DNA from: Psammoneis japonica | Lineage: Eukaryota | DNA length: 64,000 nucleotides | Assembly: GCA_008632985.1 (NCBI GenBank) | Contig: QPGO01000048.1 | Span: forward strand, 1-64,000 | Direction: 5' to 3' | Notes under the pieces: generated by a model | Database searches by the model: none | The model's input: the letters and a program-made list of their open reading frames with translations, nothing else | Told to the model about the DNA's origin: nothing | Part shown: piece by piece, positions 11,919 to 24,139 of the stretch | Position numbering within the stretch: the first letter of the stretch is position 1 | Layout of the letters: each line of letters opens with the position of its first letter | Program-made: the position numbers and the translations under genes

Positions 11919-14900
11919 AATGGAGCAAAATGAAAACCTGAGCTGTGAGTTGCAGAACATTCGATGATTCATCAGTAGTTGAATGGTTGTGGCTTTGGCA
12001 TAGTATGGAGATTTTTCTCGACTGTGACGTATCTTTTCAAACACGAAAGTCAAACGAACAAGGAGATAGGACCCGTACGGTACCTAGTAGAACGAAGAGT
12101 TTTGGTGCTCCGGCTCGGCGACCGTTCACGCCCCACAAAAATCTAAATCTCAGCATTCGAGACGGACCCAAAGAAGCTGGACACCAACATAACAAGCAAG
12201 GAGCAGTTCTGAGCGACGTGTACGGCAAAGAGAATCGTCGGCAAGGGTCGATCGTAACTTCTCCCGAACGCAAATCGGATTCAATGATAAGTACCGGTAG
12301 GACGACGATGGATGGGACGAGCTCGTCCAAGAAGGAGAATGTACATCCTTCTTCAAGACTTTCCAACGTTAGCTCTCTTAGACGAAATCTCCGAGGTACG
12401 ATGCTGTCGCCACCCTCGACGAAGAAGCATACAGAGACAACGGTTCTCTTACCCACAGACTCCTCTACCAGGTTGAACTTACGTCGGCCAAATCCAACGC
12501 TCAAGAACACTGTCGGATCGAGACGACGAGAGAATGGCGGCATAATTGCTGACGACGAAGACCACTCAGTGCTCGACAGAGAGTTGGAGAGATTTAAGAG
12601 CGACGAAAGCCTCCTGATTTCACCGGATGAATCTGGGTCCGATGAAAGACAAGCACGTCGTTTGCAAGACCAGTCCGAAACCAAAAACTGGACACTCTCC
12701 GATGGTCATTGTAAAGGAGGAATCTCATCTCAAGGTCCGAGGGAACGGCGTCCAGATGGATCTCTCTCATGTGTTTGCATCCGCATCTGTGGGTTCTGCG
12801 TCGAAGAAACGAGACGTTCTCGATGCTCAAATTCGCCCTCGATATTCCACTTCAACGAAAGCTATACAACCAATGTCTGAGCATGCTTCCTCGGGACCTG
12901 CAGACTCACTCCGGCCTTCTCACAGTGCCATACCATCTTCCAACATTGACATTCAGGCGAGCGACAACTACAAATGGGCTGAGAAACAATGCGAGGCTTT
13001 TACGAATTGGCTGAATTTCAAGTTCCATCCATCAGAGGACGAAGATCACGAGTCATGTAAGCAGAAATCGCTGGTCGAAGGACAAGGGAGTTCGCCTTCG
13101 AGTTACCAGGCCTTTCGACGTCTTTTGGTTTATCAAAGGATGACACAAGTGCGTCTAAAGGCGCTAGATCTCTTTAACGGCGAGAAAATGGCCAAGGTCA
13201 AACAAGTAGTTGGCAATGCTGTATCTACTGGTCGGCTTTCCATCCGAAAAGATAGGGATATGTATGCTGACCTTACACTCCGTAAGAAGATATTGTCCCT
13301 CCTGATGTCTTATTCGCTTCCGTGGCTACGGCTGGGCTTGGAAACTTTGTGCGGCGAAACGATATCACCTGAACTGTATGGAGTCACTTCGACTCACAAG
13401 AAAGTACCCCAGCGTTCGAATCAAATGGCGGTGAAGTCGGGAAAGGTGCGTGCTGTCTCAGTTTCACCTTCTAGTAATTTCGCCATTCATCTCGAGTGAC
13501 ATCTGATTTTCTTGTTTTTGACACTTCATTTCAGAAACCCATGAGTCGCATGGCACGTGCACTTAGAGAGTTCATTATTTCTCGTGTCCTTTCTGATCCA
13601 GATATCCTTTTCAAGTACACAAAGGGGAAATGCAAGGTACCATCTGGTAAATTTGAAAAGCTTTATAGAGAAGATATAAAGAAGCACGCTCTTAGCCGGA
13701 TATTGATCCTAATCTTCTTTCTCGATGAAGCGAAACTCGCAAATGTCACCGAGAAGGTTCCAAACCTGTTTGCTGAGGAAGCCACCGTAAAATCATCCCG
13801 CGAAGTTCTCGTCAGACTTTGCCGAGACTTTCTCTCATCCGAAGGTGACATCATCAAGCATTTGTCGCGGATGGGACTCACCGTGTCGTACAAACAAGAT
13901 CGTATCGATGAGTTAGATTTCACTGTCACTGAACTTGCGGTGGATTTGAGAGACGGTGTTCGACTCGCAAGACTCACTGAAATCTTGAAGGGTGACAAGC
14001 CGAGAACACTTTTAGCACAGCTACGTCTTCCGGCGACATCACTACAGAGAAAGTTCTTTAACGTGGACTTGGTTCTTGCGAATCTGCGTCGCACCGGGGT
14101 CCCGATCAGTGAAGATGTCATGTCGCATCACGTTGTGTACGGACACCGCCAAATTGTGTTAGATTTGTTGTGGTCGGTGGTTTCATTCTTCGAATTCAAC
14201 TCGCTTCTGAAAATTGACGTTTTGAAGGACGAAATCCTAAACATCCGGAAGGCCAAAAGGAAGAGAATGCCCTTGCAGGACTTTTCTTCAGACTCTGCTT
14301 CTGATAGATCTTCATATGGACCGCGGGCTGATGTTGAGTCGCTGCTCCTTTGTTGGTGTCAAGAAGTATGCTCCTGCTTCGGTGTTGCTGTCAAGGATTT
14401 CTCTTCTTCTTTTGCTGACGGGAAGGTGATATGTTTGTTGCTACACTATTATCATCCTGGGTTTCTTTCGTTATGTGAGATTCTACCCACAACGAGGGAC
14501 CTACCTCTGTCTGCAAAATCCTCTGACAAACTGTATCACGAAGCACTAAAGCAAGAGCAGCAAAACTCGTCTATCGCAGCCCGCAAAATCTCGGAATTAG
14601 GAGGCGTGCCCCATATACTCCCAACCACCGACTCCAACAGTATCCCAGAGGAGAGGTCCGTTTTGATTTCTCTCGCTTTCCTATTCTCACGACTAATGGA
14701 ATCGAGTAAGGAGGCTTTGGCGTCCATCACAATTCAGGCTTGTTGTCGAACCTTTCTAGCAAAGATTCATGAAGAGCGGAAGAGCCGCGCCGCCACCATC
14801 ATTCTCAAGGAGTGGCGAAAGCGAAAGGAACAATACTTTGTCAACAGGAAGCGGAAATACGAAGAATCCGTGTTCGCCATTGAGGCTTTTGTCCAAAGAT

Positions 14901-17900
14901 TCAAGCACAACCTCAAGCTTCTCCGTCGCGATAGGCTAGAGAAACAAGAGCGAACGCGAGCTGCCACTGTGATCCAGGTAAATAGTTGGAGAAGCATTGT
15001 GTTCTCGACGCTTGATTGATTGACACCGTGCCTCACCTCGTGTTTTGAGCCTTTTTAAACAGAGATGCGCTAGGCGAGGGTATGCGAGCACTCTGGTCAA
15101 GTCTCTTATTCGTAAGCGGAATTCAGCTGCACGCATTCAGTGCTGTTGGAGAAGGTATAAGATCCTCAAACATTTCGTCAAGGCCAAGGCCTCCGCAATC
15201 ACCATACAGTCGCGTTTTAGAGGCTGGGCAGTTCGACGCATTATAAAAAATTGGAATACGAGTGCTACACAAATTCAGCGAGTCTTTCGAGGATTCTTGT
15301 GCCAAGTTTTCTTCAAAATGGATCTATTCGACATTGTTGTGGTCCAAAGGTTCTTTCGTCGTCGTATTGCGGCTCGCTCCCAGAGCCGGAAGAATCGTGC
15401 AGCTCTTGTGATACAACGTGCATTTCGAAATCTACTTGTAAAACAGGCTGCGTCGGAGAAAGCGTCCGTCGTCTGCGCTTCGGCCATTGTGTGCCAGGTG
15501 AGTTGTCGGCTACTTTCGTTGTCGATGAGAAGGGAAAAAAAGCAAATTCTAACTCTCTCCATCTCTTGCTGTGTAGAGAGTAATTCGTCGTCACCTGGCT
15601 CGAAATGTTGTGCAAGCTTTGTTTCGAGAGAGAGCTGCGACCGTTCTCCAGAAGAACTGGAGGGCGTTCCAGCATGAGCATCGCTTCGATACAGTCCGTC
15701 GTGGCATCGTTTCTGCACAATCTGTAGTCCGTGCCTTTGCTGCCCGTCGATACATCGATACATTGCGGTTGAGCGCCTTGAAGGTCCAAAAGTTGTGGCG
15801 GGGATACAGTGCACGGCTTTCATTTCAAGAAATGACGGAAAGAAGAAGTACAGCTGTCGTGACCATACAGGCATGGGCTCGTAGCCAGATTGCCGGATGT
15901 TTGGTGCAGAGTCTTCGAGCCGCGGAGAATCAAAGACATGAAGAGCAAGCCGCAGTGGTTTGTCAGGTATGGAAAATGAGGTCGTTTGCCCTTATTTGTA
16001 TTATCACCGCTTTTTCCTAATCGTGTCACTTTTTGCTTGACTGTAAGAGTGTGGCTCGCAGGTTTTTAGCTCGATCGAAATCTCTTTCGCTTCATGAAGC
16101 ATCCATATCGATACAGCGCTGTTGGAGAGGGTATATGACTCGGTCTCGTTTTGACCAGACATGCAGTTGCGCAGTCAAAATACAAGCTTTGTTTCGAGGT
16201 GTAGCTGCCCGAACTGTGCTTTCTTGTCGCAACAACTGTGCAACGTTTATACAGAGTGCATGGCGTGGACACTGGGGTAATCTTCACTATCGAATGGATC
16301 TGCAAGACATAATCATAGTACAGAGCATCGTGCGGCGTCGGAGCGTTTTGAAGGACATGGTAGAACGCAAGATTGCAGCTGCTACTATCCAGAGACAATT
16401 CCGTTGCTCTCAAGCTATGCACAAGGTTGCAACAATGAGAAAGCACCGTTCCGACTTGAAATATCTGGTGGAGGCTTCTGTAAAATGCCAGGTATAGCTG
16501 CGCTTGTAACGTCTACTTCCTGCATTCTGTTTCATGATATCTCACATCGTTTTACTTTTCTGACAGGCTCTTGTTCGCCGTAGACTTGCTCTTAAAAGGG
16601 TGAACCTGCTGCGCAAGCAAACCAAGAGTGCCACATCGATTCAGTCACATCATCGAGCACAGAAATGTAGAGCAAAGTTTCATCTGATGATGGCATCAGT
16701 GCGAAAGCTACAGCAATGCTTCAGAATGTATTTGATGAAATGCAGGAACGAGATTCGCTCTTCTTCCGCCGTGAAAATTCAGAGATATTGGAGGGCGTCC
16801 GTCGTGGCAAGAAAGTACAGACAGCTAAGAGCTGATATTATTCTCTGCCAGAGTGTGTGCCGCCGTCACATAGGTCGCGTTGAACTGAAACGGAGATTGG
16901 CCGCGGTTGTTCGGATTCAGTGTCTTGTTCGTTTGTGGCAGGCACCACGTCACCTTGCCTTACTTCGAATTGAGAGAATCGAGAGGGAACGACTTCTCGG
17001 GGAGCGACGGCGTCTTTGTGCTACCGTTTTGCAGGCAAATTGCAGAGGATACCTCGCCCGACGCGATTTCGACCACCTAAAAGTCCAGACAATTATGGTA
17101 CAAAGTGTTTGGAGAGCTTTCGTATCAAGAAATCAATACCGGATGGACGTTGTCGACATAATTCTTGCTCAAGCCGCAGTTCGGAGAAGAATTGCTTGTT
17201 CGCAAGTAAAAAATCGAAGGATTAATCTCCAAAACAAAGCAATTGTGATTCAAACGGCATGGCGACGCTATGTACTGCACATGGACTACAAGATTTTGAG
17301 GTCGTCCGCTTCCATCATCCAGTCTTGTGTAAGAGGTCACTTGGCGAGGCTGACTTGCATCGGCATGGGTCGCCAAAATATGCAAGAGGCTACTGTACGC
17401 ATTCAATCTCGTATCAGAGGCTACTTAGTGAGGAAGTCCACTTCGAAACAAGTTCGCACGGCCGCCAAACGAATGGATCGAGTTTTCAGAACTTGCAATG
17501 ACCATCGAATGTGCTTGGGACCGCGTACAGTTGCAGCGCTGAATACTCTTCGATCAAGCAAGAGTTTGTACAAGATAACCTCAGCAGTGAAAACCCTAGA
17601 GGTTACAACTCGCTACTCGAAAGAGTGCTGCGTCACTTTCGCGAACGGAGGTGGTCCTGAGCACCTATACGATTTCATCCCCAGTTGCAACAGAAGCCGT
17701 CCTCATATTCAACAGTTGAGCTTGGTGTTGTCAGTTCTCATGAACGTGAGGAGGTACCCATTTCTCTTACCGACTTTGGCGACTGATAAATCAGCTGCCG
17801 TTCTCATACCGGTTATTCAGATGTTTCGCGAGACTGATGAAGTCTTCTATTTTTCAACGTGCTTATTGTACGCGGTCATATCTGTTCGTAACGATTTGAA

Positions 17901-18219
17901 GGTGAGGTAGCCATTGAAGATTGAAATGCTCGGATGCCACTTTGTTATTGATTCTCGTTTCTCACCGATGATTCTTGGTTTTCTGTCTGAAAAGATGCAA
18001 TGTCGAATAGCAGAAAATCTGAAGGCATTGGAAGAGGTTCACGAATTGGTGCATCGGATGATTCTTATCGAAAATCCGGTGGTTTCAAGTAGAATGGGCG
18101 CCAGAAACCACGCGAATTGTCGCAGAACTCGACTTTCTGACTACGAGCAAAAACATCCCGCCATGATTTTTGGCATGGAGAATCTGCGAAAGATTATCGC
18201 CGAAACGAAGGCAATCTAG
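11919..18219 (+). CDS. ASPM: Abnormal spindle-like microcephaly-associated protein homologue (multi-exon)
   Basis: AFTNWLN, WLRLGLE and DLRDGVRLARL CH-domain motifs, SFADGKVICLLLHYYHP, many IQxxxRG repeats over several exons, and a C-terminal SCNRS.PH ARM-like region. Apparent frameshift near 12620. Confidence 0.88.
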
Positions 18220-18506
18220 GAAGTGGATTTCGAAGTATATATTATAGTCGATACTGAAAGTACAGAGTCATTTCAATGTTTAGATTACATAGCTGTAAAA
18301 GCCACAAAGGAACATTACGACTCAATGACTTCAAGACGAAACCGTGTCATCCTATCATGTCGTCCCAGGCCAATCCCGAAGGCGGGGCTCTAGCAAACTG
18401 GAATGGGCGCTGATAAACCAGAATACTACCCTACCGTACAGTAGCTTCCCTCCAACAAGCATCGTATTCCTCGCCTCCCGGAAATCCTAAAAGCTATACT
18501 AGCCCT

Positions 18507-19385
18507 CTAATCGCCGTCTCCATCGTCTCCATCACCTCCTCCCCCTGTCTGGACAACACGCGGAGGGAAGAGTTTTCGTAGTTTATCAATGCCCAAGCTC
18601 TGCAGCCATATTTTTCCCGGTCCACGAAGATGGGTGTGAAAGAACCCCTCCCCACCACAACATGCAGTCGCGCAGGTACCAACGAAACGAATGTCGAGCT
18701 GGACACTCGATTCAAAGCAAAGGATGCTATCAGTATCCACCAAGACGGCTTCTCCTTGCTGCAGAGTTCTCGTCACCACAGTGCCCATGGCCATGAGGAA
18801 GGCCCACTCGCCGTGTTCCAAACTTTGCACGATAAAGTCCACTCCACTACAGCAAAAGCCTCCGACGGACGACGCAGGGTTGAATCCTGCTCCAATGTCT
18901 GTTTCGACTCCAGACAAATCAATGGTGGAACAAAGAAAGGAGTCTCGCATGGCCAAGATGCGTCCTGAAGTTGACATGTTTATAGGCACGATGACACCCG
19001 GGTAATCTGGTGTCATGGCTATGTATCCGTCCTCGGTGTTGCTAATGTTTGTGTAAGTGAGCTGGAAGAGGCTGCCGCCACCGGCTGCGAGTTTCACCGA
19101 AAAGGAGAAAAGAATGAGACAAAGAATCGTACTCAAACAAACCACAAAAAGAAATATCGCACCAAGTCTACCAAATGTCTTTTTCAATCCAGCTAGTTTA
19201 GCGTCTAGCTTCACGTGATCAGACATGTACGCCATTGCGCCACTGAAGCATGTTACCGAGCGCTGGGCTCGGAGAGGAAATTGCACAATCTGCGCATCCG
19301 TTCCCAGAATCTCGTAGATGGGTATCCCGTCCTCGTAACTCGGGGCTTTTGACGGCACCCAGAGTTCAAAACCAGCTAACTCCAT
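18507..19385 (-). CDS. AIM24/TRAP-like (TIGR00266) family protein, paralogue 1
   Basis: YEILGTDAQIV...GAMAYMS...GG.LF...GGEGFFHTHLRGPGKIWLQS; in-frame intron ~19085-19165. Confidence 0.85.
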   Translation of the reverse strand: MELAGFELWVPSKAPSYEDGIPIYEILGTDAQIVQFPLRAQRSVTCFSGAMAYMSDHVKLDAKLAGLKKTFGRLGAIFLFVVCLSTILCLILFSFSVKLAAGGGSLFQLTYTNISNTEDGYIAMTPDYPGVIVPINMSTSGRILAMRDSFLCSTIDLSGVETDIGAGFNPASSVGGFCCSGVDFIVQSLEHGEWAFLMAMGTVVTRTLQQGEAVLVDTDSILCFESSVQLDIRFVGTCATACCGGEGFFHTHLRGPGKIWLQSLGIDKLRKLFPPRVVQTGGGGDGDDGDGD

Positions 19386-19636
19386 TGCCAAGACAACCAA
19401 AGTATTGTCAAGATTGGACCAGAGGTAGGTGACACCTGTGTCAGCAGTCAGCAATAAGAAAAATTGTGGGAAGAAGATAAGCTTATTTACGTGTACCGTT
19501 TTTGGAACGCAAAGATTTCTCATATAACTTATCTTCATATCTTAATAAAATAAATTCAGTGGGAGCAGCAGGATTTTGCCGGTCTGAATCTGACACTGAA
19601 CGACACCAACAGCCGACACCCAACACGCAGTTCTCG

Positions 19637-20504
19637 ATGATGGATGTCAAGGACGATGAGCTCGTACTAAAGGCGACGGGATGGAACCATCTTTATATTC
19701 CCGAGCCTCGGGTATCAAAGGTTAGTTTAATTTGAACTAGATACGATCGTTGTACAGAAGATTGATCATTACCATATTTTGTTTTCGTCTCGCAATAGAC
19801 GCAGGAGACACAGTCAAGAGCGAGCCTGGATCAATGATGTTTCTCACAGGTCAAATGGAACAAAGCATTCAGTGTGAAGGCTGTATGGAACGGTGTTGCG
19901 CAGGCGAGGCATGCTACGTTGTCAAGTACTTTAATGCAGGAAACGACCAGGGATTTGTGGCGCTGACACCGAGTTTCCCGACTGCCAAGGTTGTTCCAGT
20001 TGACTTGTCGTCACCAGATGTGAACGGTTCTCTCATTTGTCAGCAGGGTACTTTTATGGCATCATGTAAGAATGAAGCACTCGTTGTCTTTCACTTCCAT
20101 TTCAGATCAGCTCACAAAATGATGTTGCTCAAATCATAGATGGTAACGTCGTGGTGGGAGCAAGTGTTGACTGTAACTTTATGCGATGCTGCTGTGCTGG
20201 TACAGGCTTGGTCCGACAAAAGCTCACTGGAGACGGCACAGTATTTCTGCAGGCCACGGGCACGATCGTTCAGAAAGTTTTGGCGCCGGGGGAGATTATT
20301 CTGATGGATACAAACTGCGTCCTGGCTTTTGCAGAAACTTGCACACTTGATATCCGCCGAACAGGTGGTGCCGTCGGCATGATTGGCGGAGGAGAAGGCA
20401 TTTTTAACACTACCTTGACTGGTCCCGGGTTAGCACTCGTTCAGAGCATGAATGAGATCGTCTTCCGTGAGGCTATGGTAGCGAACAAGATGTATCGAAG
20501 GTAA
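19637..20504 (+). CDS. AIM24/TRAP-like family protein, paralogue 2 (2 introns)
   Basis: SEPGSMMFL, ALTPSFP.AKVVP, GGGEGIFNTTLTGPGLALVQSM. Confidence 0.85.
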
Positions 20505-21048
20505 TACTGTAACGCTAAAGGGTGTCGCTTTCTCGCCTCTGTATGTCCTTCGATAGTTCTCTACCTTTCTGAACTCCCAGACGCCGAAGCGAGGATACTA
20601 ATTATATACTCTCTAGATTTGGTTTTAGCCAGTTAGCCAAGAGCAATATCTCTGCTCGCTACAGGTAGAGCCACACTGCACTGAGACCAGACTCTAGTGT
20701 ACTGCGACGTGAAAAGCTCTCTCTCAATAAGAACATACAACACTAGATGGCTTAGTGGATTCTAACACAAGGAGGTTGATGAAACTTCATTCCTTCCTCG
20801 TTCGGAATACCCTTTTGGGCAACAGTTAACATCTCAACTGAGAAATTGTGAGGAGAATAGGTTAGGTTAGTTAGGTAGGTGTGCTTGCGTGCTTGCTTTA
20901 CTTGAGTCAGTACGGTCCGTCCGTCCGTGCACATGCTCAGACACGGGCTTCATTATCCATTTCATCAAGACCGAGGAATCAAAATACAAAGATATTTTCC
21001 GCATCACAATTATGTAAGGTTACCCATTTGCATCGGCAAGAGATCGAG

Positions 21049-22014
21049 ATGATGGCGCATGCAGCTGCTGCAATGGCTGAAGGAGATATCGATTTAAGCG
21101 CAGAAGAGAAACAGGGTCTAGTGGAAGTGAAAAACAGAGATCCGCTCAATTCAGGATTTATATGGTGGGAAGCGCCGGTGGCGCTAAATGAGGAGCACAC
21201 CTCGTGCCGCCGCATCTGGTCAATATCCGGTGCGTATGCGATGGAAAAAGTTGTTCCATCTCCTATCTGACCCTAATACTTGCTTTGATTTTCTGTCTGA
21301 CTTGCACTGGCAGGTCATGACATGCAAATTCTCACCTCGACTCTTCCAACTGGCAACAATGTTTTCACGGAAGTCGGATCTTTCCTATTTATGCACCCGG
21401 GCATGACATCCGAGTCGGAGCTCACCCTGTGCACCAAGGGAGGCTGCGGAGAGGGATGCGGTCGAATCATGGGCGGGGAGAGCTGTGTCAAGCTAATTCT
21501 GAAAAACGAAACAGGCGAGGAGGGCTATGTTGGACTCACGCCAAACTTCCCCGCGAAAGTCATACCTGTGAGGTTCGGAGACACTGTACAGTCCAACTCG
21601 GCTCTCTTTGCACAGGGCGGCTCAATCATGTCGCAGTTTGGTCAAGTCGAGGTTGGGTGCGATCTTATGTGTACCTGTGCTTCGTGTTGCGCCCTCGGCC
21701 TCTGTCGCCAGAAAATCACGGGAGAACGGGATAGCATGGCTTTTCTCGCTGCCGGGGGAACCATAGTACAACGCCAATTACAGAATAACGAAAGGATAAT
21801 CGTGGACAAAAACTCAATTGTAGCCATTGAAGATTCTGTTGATGTTGGGTGTGTGCAGAATGGACGCTTCTGCATGGGTTGCTTCGGCGGAGAAGGCTGT
21901 TTTTCCACTTCATTGAGCGGACCGGGCGTCGTGTATCTACAGAGCATGAATCTTTCCAAGTTTCGAAACGCAGTTCAACAAACCATTTACGACAATGAAG
22001 AGATGGATAGGTAG
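21049..22014 (+). CDS. AIM24/TRAP-like family protein, paralogue 3 (1 intron)
   Basis: EVGSFLFM, GLTPNFPAKVIP, GGEGCFSTSLSGPGVVYLQSM. Confidence 0.85.
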
Positions 22015-22721
22015 GGAGGCGGTATTGACCTGTTGGCATCCTTCGGGATGTAGTGTTTCCCTGAAGAATGAAGCAGTCACTTTGCCATGGAGTGCATAAA
22101 TGTAGCTCAGAAGTACAAAAAAAGTAACGAAACCAAGATCACCCACAACCATTGCGAAATTGCCCCTATTCATTGTAAGCAGCGTGTCCAGCTTTCCGTG
22201 GAAGGTATGCCTCGCCCGTGATGGTAATCACGTCAGAGTGGAGCGGAATCACGACAGGAATCTTATGCGTGGAATGGATTTGAAAAGAGGGCAAATTAAC
22301 CTGAAAAGAGGCAGAAAGAACAAGGCTAATAATCTTCATTGGGCATCAGTTAAAAATGGTAACGAGAAACAATCTAAAAGGTTCCACAACCGTCGGAGAA
22401 GGTCGAGCTACCGTAGCACTGGCCTGATCACAGAGGTATAAACTCAGCAGTGCTCCGAGCTGAGCACCAGATGCTCACACACACAAATACGCGGCCCCCG
22501 GCCGCTATAATCCAAAGCCCTACACGCAGTGCTGTCGAGGCTTGTGGCTTTATTGTGTTGCTTGTATTCACTCTGTTGCGTTGTGCGTTGTTGTGTCACT
22601 TGACTTTAGCACCGTGCGTTTTGTCGATTCAGCACAGCGCATAGAGGAGCTTGGTAGGCCCTCTAGTGGCATTTCAGTTGTTACCGAAGCAATAATTTCA
22701 CAATCCGCTTCTCATTTAGCG

Positions 22722-23324
22722 ATGCTCAGCGGCAAGTCGTTGTTTTCTCGATTTCTGAGGGCGTCGTACGATGAAGGGGTCACGCGTTTGTCCCATGCTG
22801 TTTGCAAGGGTAGAGCGAACACCGTAAAGGCGATGACGCACAGGAACTTTGGCTCCATGAGACCGAATTCTTTTATGAAAAACCAAAACGCTTCGCCGCT
22901 ACGCGCGTTCTCCTTGGGCAACCAGGTTCTCCACGACTCTTCTTCCAAGGGCTACCAAATTCGTTATCGGAGCAATCGATCTCGACGAGGATTATATGAC
23001 GGGAAAGATATAAGAAGCGGGAACAAGCGCTCCTTTAGTATGAAGAAGACAAAGCGCAAGTTCAAGCCAAATGTTTTTCTCAAGAGAGTTTATTCAGAGA
23101 TTTTGGATGAGATGGTTCGATTCCATTTGACCGCTTCAGCCCTGCGATCCATTGACAAGGCCGGCGGTCTTGACAACTACTTGCTAACGAGCAAGCATGT
23201 GCAAGAAGGCGAAGGACTTGCCGTAAAGAAACGTATACTGAATAAGATGAAACGACGTGGAGCGATTGAAAACAAATCATCTTTCGACTCTAGCGAAAAC
23301 GAGGCACCCCAATCGACTGAATAA
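22722..23324 (+). CDS. Mitochondrial ribosomal protein bL28m
   Basis: RSRRGLYDGKDIRSGN..SFS..KTKRKFKPNV...ALRSIDKAGGLDNYLL; Arg/Ser-rich presequence. Confidence 0.88.
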   Translation: MLSGKSLFSRFLRASYDEGVTRLSHAVCKGRANTVKAMTHRNFGSMRPNSFMKNQNASPLRAFSLGNQVLHDSSSKGYQIRYRSNRSRRGLYDGKDIRSGNKRSFSMKKTKRKFKPNVFLKRVYSEILDEMVRFHLTASALRSIDKAGGLDNYLLTSKHVQEGEGLAVKKRILNKMKRRGAIENKSSFDSSENEAPQSTE

Positions 23325-24139
23325 GCCCATAAATTTCTTTTCAATTCAATAGCATTTCATTTCCACCTTTGTAGATAATGTATGATATGCACATCATTTG
23401 GTTTCCAAGCATACAGTAGTTCCCGTCGAGCTAGCTGCACGTTCGGATACAATTAAAGCCACTTTCATACCACTCTCTAAATGCCTCGAGCTCTATTCTA
23501 TTGCAGAGGCGAGACAGTTGTAGGTGTTCCTCTGCTGCATTGTCGAAGGCTCTCTCCAGCTATAGAGGGCCCTGTAGCCATGGTAGTAGAAGTAGATAGC
23601 TCTAGAGAGTGACACCGGTGGTGCTACCGTAGAGGGAGGAGAACCTACAATAATTGGGCACTCTCGAAAGGCTGGTCGTTTCAGGCAGAGGTGGGAGCAA
23701 ATAAATGCCCATGTGGATTTGCGCAGCGGGGTGATTCTTTTTTCAGAGAAAAGGACCGCACCCAACCTTCTCACTCGGCGAGGAATCATCGCGGCGGCGT
23801 CTGGGAGTGTACATGCCTCTCTTAGAAGTGCACAGGTGGACCCCTGGGAAAAAGCGGGGCCCACCCGCTAAAAATCTTAAGCCCTCTCATGGCCAGCAGC
23901 TGGCTGCTCTAGAGAAGAAGTACAGTGTGGCAGGGCCCCACCAGTGGAGGGCCTCCACTCTAGAGTTGTCGGGGGGTGTCCTCTTGAGAGAGAGGGATGA
24001 TGTGCTGACGTCTCCTTGATCCTTGTCTTGGGACGTCTCCAGCTGCTGGCAGAAGAATCATCAGCAGCTGGCGCCAGGGCAGCGATGGTGGAATCCACCT
24101 GTGTCTCCCCCCTGACCTGCCCATGAAGTGTCACGCACC

